Shown: piece after piece, positions 9,878 through 21,056 of the stretch | Numbering within the stretch: position 1 is the first letter of the stretch | How the letters are laid out: each line of letters begins with the position of its first letter | Origin: an uncultured Lachnospiraceae bacterium | GTDB taxonomy: Bacteria > Bacillota > Clostridia > Eubacteriales > Anaerofustaceae | Direction: 5' to 3' | NCBI GenBank assembly: GCA_964618075.1 | Contig: CAZTZO010000007.1 | Location: 1 to 40,000, forward strand | DNA: 40,000 nt | Made by a program: the position numbers and the translations under genes | Notes under the pieces: model-generated | Databases searched by the model: none | Told to the model about the DNA's origin: nothing | What the model saw: the letters and a program-made list of their open reading frames with translations, nothing else

Positions 9878-9954
9878 TATATTTATGCATATTATTGTAT
9901 ATGTTACATCGTAGATTATGGATTGTCAATACATGTATGTATATTTATGCATAT
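9878..9954 (-). promoter_or_regulatory. argG promoter flanked by two identical ARG-box-like sites
   Basis: Exact 15-bp direct repeat TATATTTATGCATAT at 9878..9892 and 9940..9954. TTGACA (9924..9929)-N17-TAACAT (9901..9906) on the minus strand. Confidence 0.65.
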
Positions 9955-10114
9955 TTGAAGACTGATTTATTCTTATATTAATATAATACGTCCTCTTGAA
10001 GCAAAAACAATTAATTATATTGCGAAACCTATAAAAATGATATAAAATACATACATCGGATATGCACTTAAAATATAGCATATCATTTATAGCTTACGAA
10101 AGGAAAAAGGTGCT

Positions 10115-10531
10115 ATGGTAAAACAAGTGTCGGTATTTTTAGAGAACAGAGCAGGCAGACTCAACCAGATCCTCAAGATACTCTCAGAGGAAGGAATAAA
10201 TATTTCGTCCCTCTCAATAGCGGATACAGGAGAATACGGTATCGCAAGACTTATAACCGAGGATCATGAAAAGGCGGTAAAGGCGCTTAGCGCAGACGGC
10301 ATGACCGCAACGGAAACTAACGTCCTTGCCATAGAGCTATCCGATACTCCGGGCGCTCTTTACAACGCAACAAAGACGCTCAGTGACAACGACATAAATG
10401 TTGAGTATGCATATTCTGCGATTCCCTCAAAGACAGGAAGGGCTATAATAATAATTCGTGTAGACGATCTTGAAAAAGCAATCGAGGTAGTAAAAAAAGC
10501 AGAAGGCATCACACCGCTCGAAAGCTTATAA
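10115..10531 (+). CDS. ACT domain-containing protein (tandem ACT repeats)
   Basis: VKQVSVFLENRAGRLNQILKILSEEGINISSLSIADTGEYGIARLI and a second repeat AIELSDTPGALYNATKTLSDNDINVEYAYS. Confidence 0.9.
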   Translation: MVKQVSVFLENRAGRLNQILKILSEEGINISSLSIADTGEYGIARLITEDHEKAVKALSADGMTATETNVLAIELSDTPGALYNATKTLSDNDINVEYAYSAIPSKTGRAIIIIRVDDLEKAIEVVKKAEGITPLESL

Positions 10532-10583
10532 AACAAACATATTCACGGCAGATAGGCTAAAGAAAGTTAATAATATTAAATAT

Positions 10584-10613
10584 AAAGAACGACCGCATAA
10601 GCGGTCGTTCTTT
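10584..10613. terminator. Bidirectional terminator hairpin between the convergent ACT and MFS genes
   Basis: Perfect 13-bp inverted repeat AAAGAACGACCGC-ATAA-GCGGTCGTTCTTT followed by T-rich sequence. Confidence 0.88.
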
Positions 10614-10639
10614 TAAAGTATTGTTAAGTTTTAAGAAAC

Positions 10640-12028
10640 TTATTTGGCTTCTCTTGCGTCTATTTCAGCCTGATATTCCACTATGTTCTTCTTCGTGATG
10701 TTGTAACCAACGAGTAAGAGGACAACGCCTATAACAAGGCAGATGCCGGGAACTGTGAATATAGCGTTCGTGATACCGTTAAGGATCTTCGGTGTTACAT
10801 CTGCTGCCGCCATGCCGGATTTGAATCCAGATGAACCGAGAGCTATTGATATAACTATTGAACGACCCATGACGCCGACTTTAAGAGGAAGGTTCTGCAG
10901 ACCCATAACCCAACCTGAGGGGTTCTTGCCTGTTTTCCAGTAAGCGTATACAACTGCATCTGCGTACAGAGCGGATACGAGTGAGTAAACTGCGCCGTAA
11001 CCAAACTGTGCTATTGACAGAAGTGTGATTATCGTCCAAACACCTGCTGTTGCGTAGATGAATTTACCGATAAAGAGGCAGATAGCCATAATCGCGTAAA
11101 CGATTATTGTAGCGTTTCTCGGTGAGAACTTGTTGGCTATGTATCTGCTGCAGTATGCTCCGACAACACCAAGGATGTTGGAAAGGAGCAGGTAAGTTGT
11201 CATAGGAGCCATATTCTTGGCTATGTAGGTGAAGTAATATGCTGCCGTTCCGCCTACGACGAATTTGAACAGCCATCTTGCAAGGTCTGCGAAGAGCAGA
11301 ACTACGAGAGGCAGGTTCTGGAAGAGTGCTTTTACGAGGTCGCCGATCTTTGTCTTTTCGACCTGCTGCTCTTTCGGTTTTGCCAATTCTTCAGCACCGG
11401 TCTCTTCATAACCATCAGTTAATTTGAAGTGGATGAAGTAACCTACTGCCATAAGAGCGCCCCATACAAACGCTACGATAGCGTATGCCATTGTCGGTGT
11501 CTTGACTGAGAGTGCTGCTACGAATGCTTTTACCGTATAAGCTACGAGCACGGATGCTAAGTTGTTCCAAGTTCCTCTCATGGATGAAAGGGCAACTCTG
11601 TCTTCCTGCGTATGTGCTACTACCGGTATGATAGCTACGTTTGCAACATAACCGAAGTTCCAGATTACGTGTGAAAGTATGAATGCTACCGTGATAACTA
11701 CGGCTGCGAGAGCATCGCTTCCCACTTTGAAATATGAGAAGAACAGAATGAAAGGTACGATCCAAGGCGTTACGATGTACCATGAACGATAACGGCCCCA
11801 TTTCATAGGCTTAATGCTGTTGATGATAGCACCGTAGAGCCATGATAAGCATGCATCGACAGTACTTGTGATTGTAGAGATAAGACCTGCTGTAACAACA
11901 TTGAACTGTGCTACGTTTGTGAGGAAGAACATGAAATAATATGTTTCAATGTTCGTCATCGTGTTGAACGCAAAGTCCCCGATACCGAAGAAATACTTCA
12001 GGGAAGTTGACAATTCTTTTTTCTGCAT
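10640..12028 (-). CDS. MFS/GPH-family sugar:cation symporter-like transporter
   Basis: Polytopic protein with KYFFGIGDFAFNTMTNIETYYFMFFLTNVAQ... and Q..RVALSSMRGTWNN. Start taken as Met at 12028 (MQKKELS). Confidence 0.8.
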   Translation of the reverse strand: MQKKELSTSLKYFFGIGDFAFNTMTNIETYYFMFFLTNVAQFNVVTAGLISTITSTVDACLSWLYGAIINSIKPMKWGRYRSWYIVTPWIVPFILFFSYFKVGSDALAAVVITVAFILSHVIWNFGYVANVAIIPVVAHTQEDRVALSSMRGTWNNLASVLVAYTVKAFVAALSVKTPTMAYAIVAFVWGALMAVGYFIHFKLTDGYEETGAEELAKPKEQQVEKTKIGDLVKALFQNLPLVVLLFADLARWLFKFVVGGTAAYYFTYIAKNMAPMTTYLLLSNILGVVGAYCSRYIANKFSPRNATIIVYAIMAICLFIGKFIYATAGVWTIITLLSIAQFGYGAVYSLVSALYADAVVYAYWKTGKNPSGWVMGLQNLPLKVGVMGRSIVISIALGSSGFKSGMAAADVTPKILNGITNAIFTVPGICLVIGVVLLLVGYNITKKNIVEYQAEIDAREAK

Positions 12029-12369
12029 TGAAGATAATCCTCCTAAAATATTATTTATATAAACGCCGAAACCTTTTCGGCGCATATATCTGCTGTATGT
12101 TTTAGTACACGTCCTTATTTACCGTATCATTATAATAGCATTAATATAAACTGATGTCAATCACAAAAATAAAAAATTGCATTAAAAATAGAAATTACCA
12201 AATATCGTAAAAAATCTTGAATATACTGAATTTAGGGCATTGCCAACATTGATGCACTCTCGATTAATGCATTTAGATTGAACTAAGCCCATTATTCGTA
12301 TCATTATTATTATATATTCCTTAATATCCTCAATAATGCATATTTCGATTGTGCATTGTAAATATTTAT

Positions 12370-12531
12370 TTAAGAAAGCACAAGAGTGTTCAAACAATCG
12401 GACACGGTATACAAAAACGACGCAAGGAGGCTCATTTCATCATTTGTAAGCCCTTCGGACAAAAGCTGCGCTATCACTACAGCCGCCACGTTGATTTCCA
12501 GTCCGTCAAAAACAAAACCCTCGTTATCCAT
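12370..12531 (-). CDS. Small conserved-looking hypothetical protein (53 aa, not in ORF track)
   Basis: Manual translation: MDNEGFVFDGLEINVAAVVIAQLLSEGLTNDEMSLLASFLYTVSDCLNTLVLS*, with RBS-like GAGGTGAGT directly before the ATG. Confidence 0.55.
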   Translation of the reverse strand: MDNEGFVFDGLEINVAAVVIAQLLSEGLTNDEMSLLASFLYTVSDCLNTLVLS

Positions 12532-12724
12532 ACTCACCTCTTAATAAACGTACTATGACGTACATACTATATAAATATTCTTAAACGGGGAATTCGGTGA
12601 TATTAATATTTATGTTTTAAATGTCTTGTTATGTGTTATAATAATACAAATTTACTTAAGCATCGGTCATATGCGGTCTTATACACTATTTAAAGGGAAA
12701 ACCGCGAAAGGATTAATTGAAGAG

Positions 12725-13786
12725 ATGAAAGTACTCGTTGTCGGTTCAGGCAGCTGTGAACATTCAATAATAGAGAAGCTAAATAAAAGCGAGCTGTGCG
12801 AAAAAGTATATTGCGCTCCGGGCAACGCCGGCATTGCTCGGAGCGCAACGTGCGTAAATATACCCTCCGCAAACGTTCAGGCTCTTGCGGATTTTGCCGA
12901 AGACAAGCAAATAGCGCTAACCATAACCTGCTCCCATGTTCCGGCTCAGCACAACATATGCGACGTCTTTGCCTCAGAGGGACTAAAAGTATTCTCTCCG
13001 AGCGTTGAAGCGGCGGCTTTTTTTACGAAGGAAGACAAAAAGGAAGCGTTTTATAAAAAATACTCCTTTCCCAGAAATACAGGCAAGAAAACTATCAGAA
13101 GCATATACATTATAGCTTTATGCGATTCTCATACGCTCGTATGTCTTCCCCCATGCAAATTCTATGAAAAGCTCTACGACAACGGCGAAGGGCCTATGAC
13201 AAGCGGTATGGGAGCGTACTCTCCTTACCACTACAAGGACAACAAGCTAAAAACAAAAATAATGAGCTTCATTACCGACGACTTTGCCAAAGCCATAAAG
13301 CGTGAGGGAATACGCTACAAGGGATTGTTAAGCTTTAAGATACTTATAGGCGAGGACGAATTCTTTATAGGCGATATCTCCTCGCATATCCCCGGCATAG
13401 TCATAGCCTCGGCACTGCCCCTTTTGGAAAACGACCTTTTAAAGCTGGTGCTCAGCGCAACCGATGAAACGCTTACTCAAAATATGATAAAGCTTTCTTC
13501 GCGTGCATGCGCCTGTGTAATGATTGCCTCAGGAGGATATCCTCACGAGTACAAAAAAGGCTTCCCGATAACCATGCCGCCTCCCAAATACAACGTGGAG
13601 CTGCTTCACGGAGGAACTATCCTTAAAAACGGCACATACTATACGGACGCAGGTCATGTGCTGACGGTGCGTGCTACGGGCCCTTCGCTCGAAGCTTCAA
13701 GAGAGGCTGCCTATGACAGTATATCCAAGCTCAACTTCAGCGGTATGTATTATCGCAGCGACATAGGGAGAGAATATAAGCAATGA
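12725..13786 (+). CDS. Divergent phosphoribosylamine-glycine ligase (PurD)-like protein, probably catalytically altered
   Basis: MKVLVVGSGSCEHSIIEKLNKSELCEKVYCAPGNAG...NGEGPMTSGMGAYSPYHY...RYKGLLSFKILIG...ACACVMIASGGYPHEYKKG...GMYYRSDIG aligns by eye with PurD, but central ATP-grasp residues are missing and the usual FNxRFGDPE is replaced by ISSHIPGIV. Confidence 0.8.
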   Translation: MKVLVVGSGSCEHSIIEKLNKSELCEKVYCAPGNAGIARSATCVNIPSANVQALADFAEDKQIALTITCSHVPAQHNICDVFASEGLKVFSPSVEAAAFFTKEDKKEAFYKKYSFPRNTGKKTIRSIYIIALCDSHTLVCLPPCKFYEKLYDNGEGPMTSGMGAYSPYHYKDNKLKTKIMSFITDDFAKAIKREGIRYKGLLSFKILIGEDEFFIGDISSHIPGIVIASALPLLENDLLKLVLSATDETLTQNMIKLSSRACACVMIASGGYPHEYKKGFPITMPPPKYNVELLHGGTILKNGTYYTDAGHVLTVRATGPSLEASREAAYDSISKLNFSGMYYRSDIGREYKQ

Positions 13787-14472
13787 AAATGAAACAATTA
13801 AAAGAAATGCTTATACAAAACGACTGTTTGATAAGTGAAAGAATGATAAAGTATTACATTCAAACAGGCCTTATACCTGCGCCCGAATATACCGAAGTCA
13901 ATCAGGCAAACTATTCGCGTCTTATAGCCGTAAGACTTATAAGGATAAACTCTTACAAGGATGTGGGCATGAGCTTTCCCAAAATAAAGGAGCTGTTTTT
14001 AAAGGACGACGAATATATAAAGCAAATTGCCGACAAAAACGGCGTTAACTCTGATGATAAGGCTCTTATTGACGAGATTGCCTCAAAGGAATATATGGAA
14101 TATATCTCATCGTTAAGCGATAAAACAAAATGCTTTTCACGCGACGAGCTTATGAAGAATTCTCACTGCGACGAGCTTGTATTCAGACTGGCGTGCGACA
14201 CGGGAGCGCTTGAAGACAAAAAAGAATATTCACATAACGACATGCTGATACTTATGTGTATATCCGAAATATTCAAATCCCACCTTAACGAGGACAAGAC
14301 CGATACCATAGAAAAGATAAGCGACATTTCAAAGATAAACAACATTTCGGCGCAGCTTGTGAACATATACTTCAAAAACGGCGACAAGGCATGGCTGTAC
14401 CGCATGCTCTGTGAAAATCTGATCGAGGAAAAATCAAGAATAAATGAAAACAAAACAACAGCTGACTCGTAA
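13783..14472 (+). CDS. MerR-like transcriptional regulator with long C-terminal domain
   Basis: N-terminus [57 protein letters not shown] resembles the MerR wHTH. Start overlaps the upstream stop (ATGA). Confidence 0.7.
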   Translation: MKMKQLKEMLIQNDCLISERMIKYYIQTGLIPAPEYTEVNQANYSRLIAVRLIRINSYKDVGMSFPKIKELFLKDDEYIKQIADKNGVNSDDKALIDEIASKEYMEYISSLSDKTKCFSRDELMKNSHCDELVFRLACDTGALEDKKEYSHNDMLILMCISEIFKSHLNEDKTDTIEKISDISKINNISAQLVNIYFKNGDKAWLYRMLCENLIEEKSRINENKTTADS

Positions 14473-16249
14473 TTTTTGTATAATTGCGCATATAGACCAC
14501 GGCAAATCGACTCTCGCTGACAGGCTCATCGAAATGACCGGTCTTATTCCGAAGCGGGAAATGACCGCGCAGATACTTGACAAGATGGATCTTGAAAGAG
14601 AACGCGGTATCACGATAAAGCTTCAGGCTGTACGTCTTATATATAAGGCGAAGGATAATTGCGAGTATTATTTAAACCTTATAGACACGCCGGGACACGT
14701 TGATTTTACATATGAGGTATCACGCTCTCTTGCTGCCTGCGAGGGCGCCATCCTGATAGTGGACGCAACTCAGGGTATACAGGCGCAAACTCTTGCAAAC
14801 GTGTATCTTGCCATGGATAACGACCTTGAGATAATTCCCGTAATAAACAAGATAGACCTTCCGAGCGCAGACACGCAGATGGCGATTGAAGAAATAGAGG
14901 ATTTTATTGGCCTTCCCGCACAGGACGCGGCTCTTATCAGTGCAAAAGAGGGCATTAACATAGACAGGGTTTTGGAGGATATAGTACAAAAGATACCGCC
15001 TCCTGCCGACAACAGCCAAAAGCCTTTAAGGGCTCTTGTTTTCGATTCTTATTACGACAGCTACCGAGGCGTAATCATAAGCGTGAGGATCGTTGACGGA
15101 AAGGTAGCTTCAGGGGACAAAATACTGTTCATGGCTTCAAACAAAGCCTTTGAGGTCGACGAGGTGGGCGTATTTACGGACGTACTGCTTCCCACAGACG
15201 AGCTTTCAAGCGGCGATGTGGGTTACATAACGGCAAATATCAAAACCGTCGGGGACACGAGAGTCGGCGACACCGTTACTCTGTATTCAAACAGGGCAAG
15301 CGAGGCTCTGCCGGGTTATAAAAAAATAAACCCCATGGTCTACTGCGGCTTATACCCTGCCGACGGAAGCAAATACGAGGATCTGAAGGAATCCCTCTCC
15401 CGATTAAAGCTCAACGACGCTTCGCTTACCTTTGAGGCTGAAACGAGCGCGGCTCTCGGGTTTGGTTTTAGATGCGGTTTTTTGGGACTTTTGCACCTTG
15501 AGGTCACATTGGAGCGACTTGACCGTGAATATGATTTAGACTTGATAACCACTGCGCCGAGCGTCGTTTACAGGGTAATAAAGACAGACGGAACATGCTT
15601 AGAGGTCGACAACCCCACAAACATGCCCGATGCCGGCGTTATAGATTATATGGAGGAGCCCTTCGTCGAAGCAAGCGTAATGGTACCCTCGGAATATGTG
15701 GGAAGCGTAATGAGTCTGTGTCAGAACAGGCGCGGTATTTTTGAAACCATGGAATACACATACGAAAACCGAGTGCTGCTTAAATACGAGCTGCCCTTAA
15801 ACGAAATCATATACGATTTTTTCGATGCTCTGAAATCAAGAACAAAGGGATATGCCTCTTTAGACTACGAGCTGAAGGATTACCGCAGGAGCAATCTTGT
15901 CAAGCTGGATATATACCTAAACGGAGAAATAGTCGACGCTCTGTCGTTTATCGTACACGCTGACAGCGCATATACAAGAGGCAGAAAAATAGCCGAAAAA
16001 CTCAAGGACGAAATACCGAAGCATATGTTTGAAATACCCGTACAGGCAGCCGTCGGAGGCAAAATAATAGCCCGTGAAACTGTAAGAGCTCTCAGAAAAG
16101 ACGTTATTGCCAAGTGCTACGGCGGAGATATTTCAAGGAAAAGAAAGCTTTTGGAGAAGCAAAAGGAAGGCAAGAAGCGCATGAGGCAGATCGGCAAGGT
16201 GCAGGTTCCTCAGGAGGCGTTTATGGCGGTTTTAAAGCTCGATGAATGA
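14444..16249 (+). CDS. lepA: Elongation factor 4 (LepA)
   Basis: [24 protein letters not shown] (G1), [10 protein letters not shown] (G3), NKIDLP (G4) and a C-terminal LepA domain. Confidence 0.97.
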   Translation: MKTKQQLTRNFCIIAHIDHGKSTLADRLIEMTGLIPKREMTAQILDKMDLERERGITIKLQAVRLIYKAKDNCEYYLNLIDTPGHVDFTYEVSRSLAACEGAILIVDATQGIQAQTLANVYLAMDNDLEIIPVINKIDLPSADTQMAIEEIEDFIGLPAQDAALISAKEGINIDRVLEDIVQKIPPPADNSQKPLRALVFDSYYDSYRGVIISVRIVDGKVASGDKILFMASNKAFEVDEVGVFTDVLLPTDELSSGDVGYITANIKTVGDTRVGDTVTLYSNRASEALPGYKKINPMVYCGLYPADGSKYEDLKESLSRLKLNDASLTFEAETSAALGFGFRCGFLGLLHLEVTLERLDREYDLDLITTAPSVVYRVIKTDGTCLEVDNPTNMPDAGVIDYMEEPFVEASVMVPSEYVGSVMSLCQNRRGIFETMEYTYENRVLLKYELPLNEIIYDFFDALKSRTKGYASLDYELKDYRRSNLVKLDIYLNGEIVDALSFIVHADSAYTRGRKIAEKLKDEIPKHMFEIPVQAAVGGKIIARETVRALRKDVIAKCYGGDISRKRKLLEKQKEGKKRMRQIGKVQVPQEAFMAVLKLDE

Positions 16250-17384
16250 CGCACTTAGCATATATATCCATATACCCTACTGTGCTTCAAAATGCAGCTA
16301 CTGCGATTTTTTTTCGCTTGCAGGTTCAGACGACACTATCCAAAATTATTTTGACGCGCTTAAAAAGGAAATAAAACACAGCTACGCATCCCTTGACAAG
16401 CGAGGAATCGACACTATATATATCGGAGGGGGAACTCCCTCGTATGTAAATGAAAAATATATCGCAGATACGCTTGATTGTGTCTGTGACGTTTTTCATT
16501 TGAGCGAAAACTGCGAGATATCCATTGAATCAAACCCAAACTCGCTTTCAAAGCAAAAGTGTATCTCCTACAAGCATAGCGGAGTAAACCGAATAAGTCT
16601 GGGAGTACAGGCAATAAGGAATTCAACTCTTAAAAGGATAGGAAGGATACATACCTTTGAGGATATACAAAAAGCCGTAAGCAATATTAAGGATACCGGC
16701 TTTGATAACTTCAACTTCGATTTGATGGCATCTCTTCCTCTTCAGGGAAAGGACGAATTCACAAAAGCTTTGGAATGGTGTGTATCCTCTAAGCCCTCTC
16801 ACATAAGCGCCTATTCGCTTACTCTGGAAAAGGGCACTAAAATGTACGACGAGTACGAAAGCGGCAAATACACACAAAACGACGATATCGACAGACAGAT
16901 GTACGCGCTTACTAATGAGATACTCAGTAAACACGGCTTTTACAGATACGAAATATCAAACTATGCGCTTAAAGGATATGAGTGCCGCCATAATTTAAAC
17001 TGCTGGAATTTTTCAGACTATATCGGCTTCGGAAGCGCCGCATGCTCCTTTTATAACAACAAACGCATACAAAACGAAAATGATATCATAAGCTATATAA
17101 ATAGAATAAATAACGGTATTTATCTAACCGATTCCTCCCTTATCGAACAAAGTCCTCCAAACGTGCTTTACTCGGAATACATGATGCTGGGCCTAAGAAA
17201 AACCTCCGGTGTAAACATAAAAGATTTCTGTGAACACTTCAATACACCCTTCCCGAAAAAATTTTCCTCTCAGGCAAAGCTCTTTGAGAAAGAGGGGCTG
17301 GTTAGCTGTGAAAACGGCAAAATAGCCTTAAGCGACAGGGGTCTGGATTTTGCTAATTATGTAATGAGAGGTTTTTTTGATTAA
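16242..17384 (+). CDS. hemW: Radical SAM family heme chaperone HemW
   Basis: [19 protein letters not shown] (CxxxCxxC), [25 protein letters not shown]. Overlaps lepA by 8 bp. Confidence 0.92.
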   Translation: MNDALSIYIHIPYCASKCSYCDFFSLAGSDDTIQNYFDALKKEIKHSYASLDKRGIDTIYIGGGTPSYVNEKYIADTLDCVCDVFHLSENCEISIESNPNSLSKQKCISYKHSGVNRISLGVQAIRNSTLKRIGRIHTFEDIQKAVSNIKDTGFDNFNFDLMASLPLQGKDEFTKALEWCVSSKPSHISAYSLTLEKGTKMYDEYESGKYTQNDDIDRQMYALTNEILSKHGFYRYEISNYALKGYECRHNLNCWNFSDYIGFGSAACSFYNNKRIQNENDIISYINRINNGIYLTDSSLIEQSPPNVLYSEYMMLGLRKTSGVNIKDFCEHFNTPFPKKFSSQAKLFEKEGLVSCENGKIALSDRGLDFANYVMRGFFD

Positions 17385-17430
17385 AACATTATTAATATAG
17401 CCATTTATGTATTTTATTTCGCTAAATCAC

Positions 17431-17459
17431 TTGACAATGACCGCGTATAATGATAAATT
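17431..17459 (+). promoter_or_regulatory. Putative sigma-A promoter of the hrcA operon
   Basis: TTGACA (17431..17436)-N17-TAAATT (17454..17459), directly upstream of CIRCE. Confidence 0.6.
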
Positions 17460-17468
17460 TATTGCATG

Positions 17469-17495
17469 TTAGCACTCAATACATCAGAGTGCTAA
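17469..17495 (+). promoter_or_regulatory. CIRCE element (HrcA operator)
   Basis: Perfect TTAGCACTC-N9-GAGTGCTAA. Confidence 0.98.
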
Positions 17496-17512
17496 CAAAA
17501 AGGGGTTTTGAT

Positions 17513-18556
17513 ATGAACAAGGAAGACAGAAAGTTCGATATACTGTATTCAATAATAAAAGACTATATCAAAACAGCAGAACCCGTCGGCTCGCGAACGA
17601 TAGAGAAGAAGTACAATATAGGAATATCTTCCGCTACTATCCGCAACGAGATGGCTGATTTAGAGGAGATGGGTTATCTTTTGCAGCCGCATACGTCGGC
17701 AGGCAGAATACCCTCGGATAAGGCTTACAGGCTTTATGTGGATCAGTTCATGAAGACGATGGATATAGACAGCTATATATCCAAGGACGTCAGAGAGCTT
17801 TACAACCATTACTTCGGGGAATTAAACGAAGTACTTAAAAAGACGGCTCAGGTGCTTACGAAGCTGACAAACCTGACTTCTCTTATCACGATGCCGAATA
17901 TGTCCGGATTAAATATTAAGGATATACGAATAATACCGATAGAAAAAGAGAGAATACTGCTTGTCGTAATAACCAAGCAGGGTATAGTCAGAAACACTGA
18001 GCTTCGCTTAAGCTACGAAGCAGCGCAGGAAAGCCTTGACAAGCTTACAAATTTTCTGAACTTGTGCATAAACGACTTGCACGCGGAAATAGCGATTGCA
18101 AACTTCACTCAGGCAATAGACCAGCTGACCCCGCCCGAGCAAAAGATACTATCTGAAATAGTCGAAGCAATAAAAGTGATTTTCTCCGAGCAGAAGGAAT
18201 CAACAGTATATTCCAACGGCATAACGGAGATATTCAGATATCCGGAATTTCGCAACGATATGGATAAGGCGAAGAATTTTTTGGAGGCTCTGCACAGACA
18301 GGATTTACTCGCTCACTTATTTACGATAGCCGAAAACGACAGCGTAAATATTAGGATAGGCAACGAAAACGGCTGCGACGAGCTTGCAGACTGCTCTGTG
18401 GTGAGCGCAACATACAAGCTCAACGGAAGACCCATAGGCACAGTCGGAATAGTCGGGCCGACAAGGATTGATTACGACTACTGTGTTTCGGTGCTCAACG
18501 CAATGACAAAGGAGCTGACGAATCACCTTAACGAATCGATTGGAGGAAAAGACTGA
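17513..18556 (+). CDS. hrcA: Heat-inducible transcription repressor HrcA
   Basis: DRKFDILYSIIKDYIKTAEPVGSRTIEKKYNIGISSATIRNEMADLEEMGYLLQPHTSAGRIPSDKAYRLYVD. Start at 17513. Confidence 0.97.
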   Translation: MNKEDRKFDILYSIIKDYIKTAEPVGSRTIEKKYNIGISSATIRNEMADLEEMGYLLQPHTSAGRIPSDKAYRLYVDQFMKTMDIDSYISKDVRELYNHYFGELNEVLKKTAQVLTKLTNLTSLITMPNMSGLNIKDIRIIPIEKERILLVVITKQGIVRNTELRLSYEAAQESLDKLTNFLNLCINDLHAEIAIANFTQAIDQLTPPEQKILSEIVEAIKVIFSEQKESTVYSNGITEIFRYPEFRNDMDKAKNFLEALHRQDLLAHLFTIAENDSVNIRIGNENGCDELADCSVVSATYKLNGRPIGTVGIVGPTRIDYDYCVSVLNAMTKELTNHLNESIGGKD

Positions 18557-18558
18557 AA

Positions 18559-19131
18559 TTGGATAAAAACGAAGAGAAGATTCTCGACGAGGAGCTTGAT
18601 AAAATACTTGCCGATGACGAGTGTGAAGAGGTTCAAAGCGAGGAATTCGAATCTCAGCAAGAACAGACAAATAAGGAAAATGACTCAGACAAGCTTAAAC
18701 AATTGGAAGAAAAGCTCAAGGAAGCCGAGGACAAATACTTAAGGCTTTACGCCGATTTCGAAAACTTTCGTAAACGCTCTTTAAAGGAAAAAACAGACGC
18801 TCTTATATATGCTTCATCTCCCATTATGGAAAAGCTTATAAATGTAGTCGATAATTTCGACAGAGCGCTGACAGACAGCGAGGACGACAGCCCGCTTTGC
18901 GAAGGAATGAAGATGGTGCAAAAGCAGCTGAATGAAATATTGTCCAGCGAGGGCTTGAAGGAAATAAAAACCACGGGCGAACAATTCGACCCGAATATAC
19001 ACAACGCGGTAATGGTTGAAAACAACGCGGACGTGCCCGACGAGCAGATCGTAAACGAGCTGCAAAAAGGTTACGTCTATAAAGATAAAGTAATAAGACC
19101 GTCCATGGTCACGGTCAATAAACACGAATAA
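18559..19131 (+). CDS. grpE: Nucleotide exchange factor GrpE
   Basis: [17 protein letters not shown]...VIDNFDRAL...IHNAVM; operon position. Confidence 0.96.
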   Translation: MDKNEEKILDEELDKILADDECEEVQSEEFESQQEQTNKENDSDKLKQLEEKLKEAEDKYLRLYADFENFRKRSLKEKTDALIYASSPIMEKLINVVDNFDRALTDSEDDSPLCEGMKMVQKQLNEILSSEGLKEIKTTGEQFDPNIHNAVMVENNADVPDEQIVNELQKGYVYKDKVIRPSMVTVNKHE

Positions 19132-19148
19132 TCAGGAGGATAAATATC

Positions 19149-21029
19149 ATGGGCAAAGAAAAAATCATAGGCATCGACTTAGGAACGACAAATTCATGCG
19201 TAGCGGTAATGGAGGGCGGAGAGGCTGTAGTTATACCAAACTCAGAGGGCGCCAGAACAACTCCCTCCGTGGTAGCCTTTACAAAGGACAATGAAAGATT
19301 AGTCGGTCAGGTGGCAAAGCACCAGGCTGTAACAAACCCCGATCGAACTATCAGCTCCATAAAACGTGAAATGGGAAGCTCTTACAAGGTAAATATAGAC
19401 AATAAAAGCTATACTCCCCAGGAAATAAGCGCAATGGTTCTGCAAAAATTAAAGAAGGACGCGGAAAGCTATATCGGCGAGAGCGTAACAAAAGCCGTCA
19501 TCACCGTACCTGCATACTTTTCGGATTCACAGCGTCAGGCTACAAAGGACGCAGGCAAAATAGCCGGTCTTGAGGTTCTTCGTATAATAAACGAACCGAC
19601 GGCGGCGGCACTTGCTTACGGACTTGACAAGGGAGAGAACCAAAAGGTAATGGTCTACGACCTTGGCGGCGGCACATTTGATGTATCTATACTTGAGCTC
19701 GGAGACGGCGTATTCGAGGTACTTGCCACAAGCGGCAACAACCGTCTGGGCGGCGACGATTTCGACGAAAGACTTATGAACTATCTTATCGACGAATTCA
19801 AGAAATCGACGGGTGTAGATCTCTCAGGCGACAAAATGGCTGTACAAAGACTCAAGGAGGCTGCGGAGAAGGCAAAGATAGAGCTTTCAAGCGCAACGAC
19901 TACAAACGTCAACCTTCCGTTTATCACAGCCACGGCAGACGGCCCGAAGCATTTGGATATTACTGTAACGAGAGCGAAATTTGAAAGTCTCATCGAAGAC
20001 CTTATCGAAAAGACGACAGAGCCTGTCAAGAAGGCTATAGCAGACTCAAAGCTTTCAGTAAACGATATAAGTAAGGTAATACTTGTCGGCGGCTCCACGA
20101 GAGTTCCCGCAGTACAGGAAGCTGTAAAGAACATAACCCAGAAGGAAGCCTTTAAGGGTATAAACCCCGATGAATGTGTAGCTATAGGCGCCGCAATACA
20201 GGGTGGTGTGCTTGCAGGTGATGTAAAGGACGTTCTTCTTCTGGACGTAACTCCCCTTTCGCTCGGAATCGAAACGCTCGGCGGAGTATTTACAAAGCTT
20301 ATCGACAGAAACACGACTATACCTACAAAGAAGAGCCAGGTATTCTCGACGGCGGCAGACAATCAGACCGCAGTTGACATACATGTCTTGCAGGGCGAAA
20401 GAAAAATGGCATCCGACAACAAAACTCTCGGACGCTTCCAGCTGGCAGGTATAGCAATGGCACCCAGAGGTATTCCTCAGATAGAGGTGACCTTCGACAT
20501 CGACGCAAACGGTATTGTCAGCGTGTCGGCAAAGGATATGGCGACAAACAACGTACAGAACGTCGTGATACAGTCCTCAACCAACATGAACGAAGAGGAC
20601 ATCAACAAGGCTGTTTCCGACGCTGAGAAATTCGCAGATGAGGATACAAAGAAGGAAGAGCTTATAACCGCACGCAACACTGCGGACAGCACAATATATC
20701 AGACTGAGAAATCCTTAAAGGACGCAGGCGACAAAGCCACCGAAAGCGAAAAACAGGCTGTTACCGATGCCATAGCCAAGCTTAAGGAAGCAATGAACAA
20801 CGACGACGCACTTGCTATAAAGGACGCAAGCGAAAAGGTCACGGAGTCCTTCTATCCGATAGCACAGAAGATGTACGCTCAAAACGGCGCACAGCCGAAT
20901 CAGGAGCAGGGCTCAACTCAGCAGGACTTTTCTCAGGGACAGCAGCAAAACAACGAAAATAACGAAAACAACAATAACGATGACAACGTAGTAGACGCGG
21001 ATTACGAGGTTGTCGACGACGACAAATAA
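19149..21029 (+). CDS. dnaK: Chaperone DnaK (Hsp70)
   Basis: [54 protein letters not shown]. Confidence 0.99.
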   Translation: MGKEKIIGIDLGTTNSCVAVMEGGEAVVIPNSEGARTTPSVVAFTKDNERLVGQVAKHQAVTNPDRTISSIKREMGSSYKVNIDNKSYTPQEISAMVLQKLKKDAESYIGESVTKAVITVPAYFSDSQRQATKDAGKIAGLEVLRIINEPTAAALAYGLDKGENQKVMVYDLGGGTFDVSILELGDGVFEVLATSGNNRLGGDDFDERLMNYLIDEFKKSTGVDLSGDKMAVQRLKEAAEKAKIELSSATTTNVNLPFITATADGPKHLDITVTRAKFESLIEDLIEKTTEPVKKAIADSKLSVNDISKVILVGGSTRVPAVQEAVKNITQKEAFKGINPDECVAIGAAIQGGVLAGDVKDVLLLDVTPLSLGIETLGGVFTKLIDRNTTIPTKKSQVFSTAADNQTAVDIHVLQGERKMASDNKTLGRFQLAGIAMAPRGIPQIEVTFDIDANGIVSVSAKDMATNNVQNVVIQSSTNMNEEDINKAVSDAEKFADEDTKKEELITARNTADSTIYQTEKSLKDAGDKATESEKQAVTDAIAKLKEAMNNDDALAIKDASEKVTESFYPIAQKMYAQNGAQPNQEQGSTQQDFSQGQQQNNENNENNNNDDNVVDADYEVVDDDK

Positions 21030-21056
21030 TTAAGGCTGTTAGGAGGATTCTGCCAA

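Noticed and set aside
19781-20384. Minus-strand ORFs of 109-193 aa inside dnaK
   Set aside because: They are antisense shadows of a highly biased dnaK coding sequence with no family resemblance or promoter.
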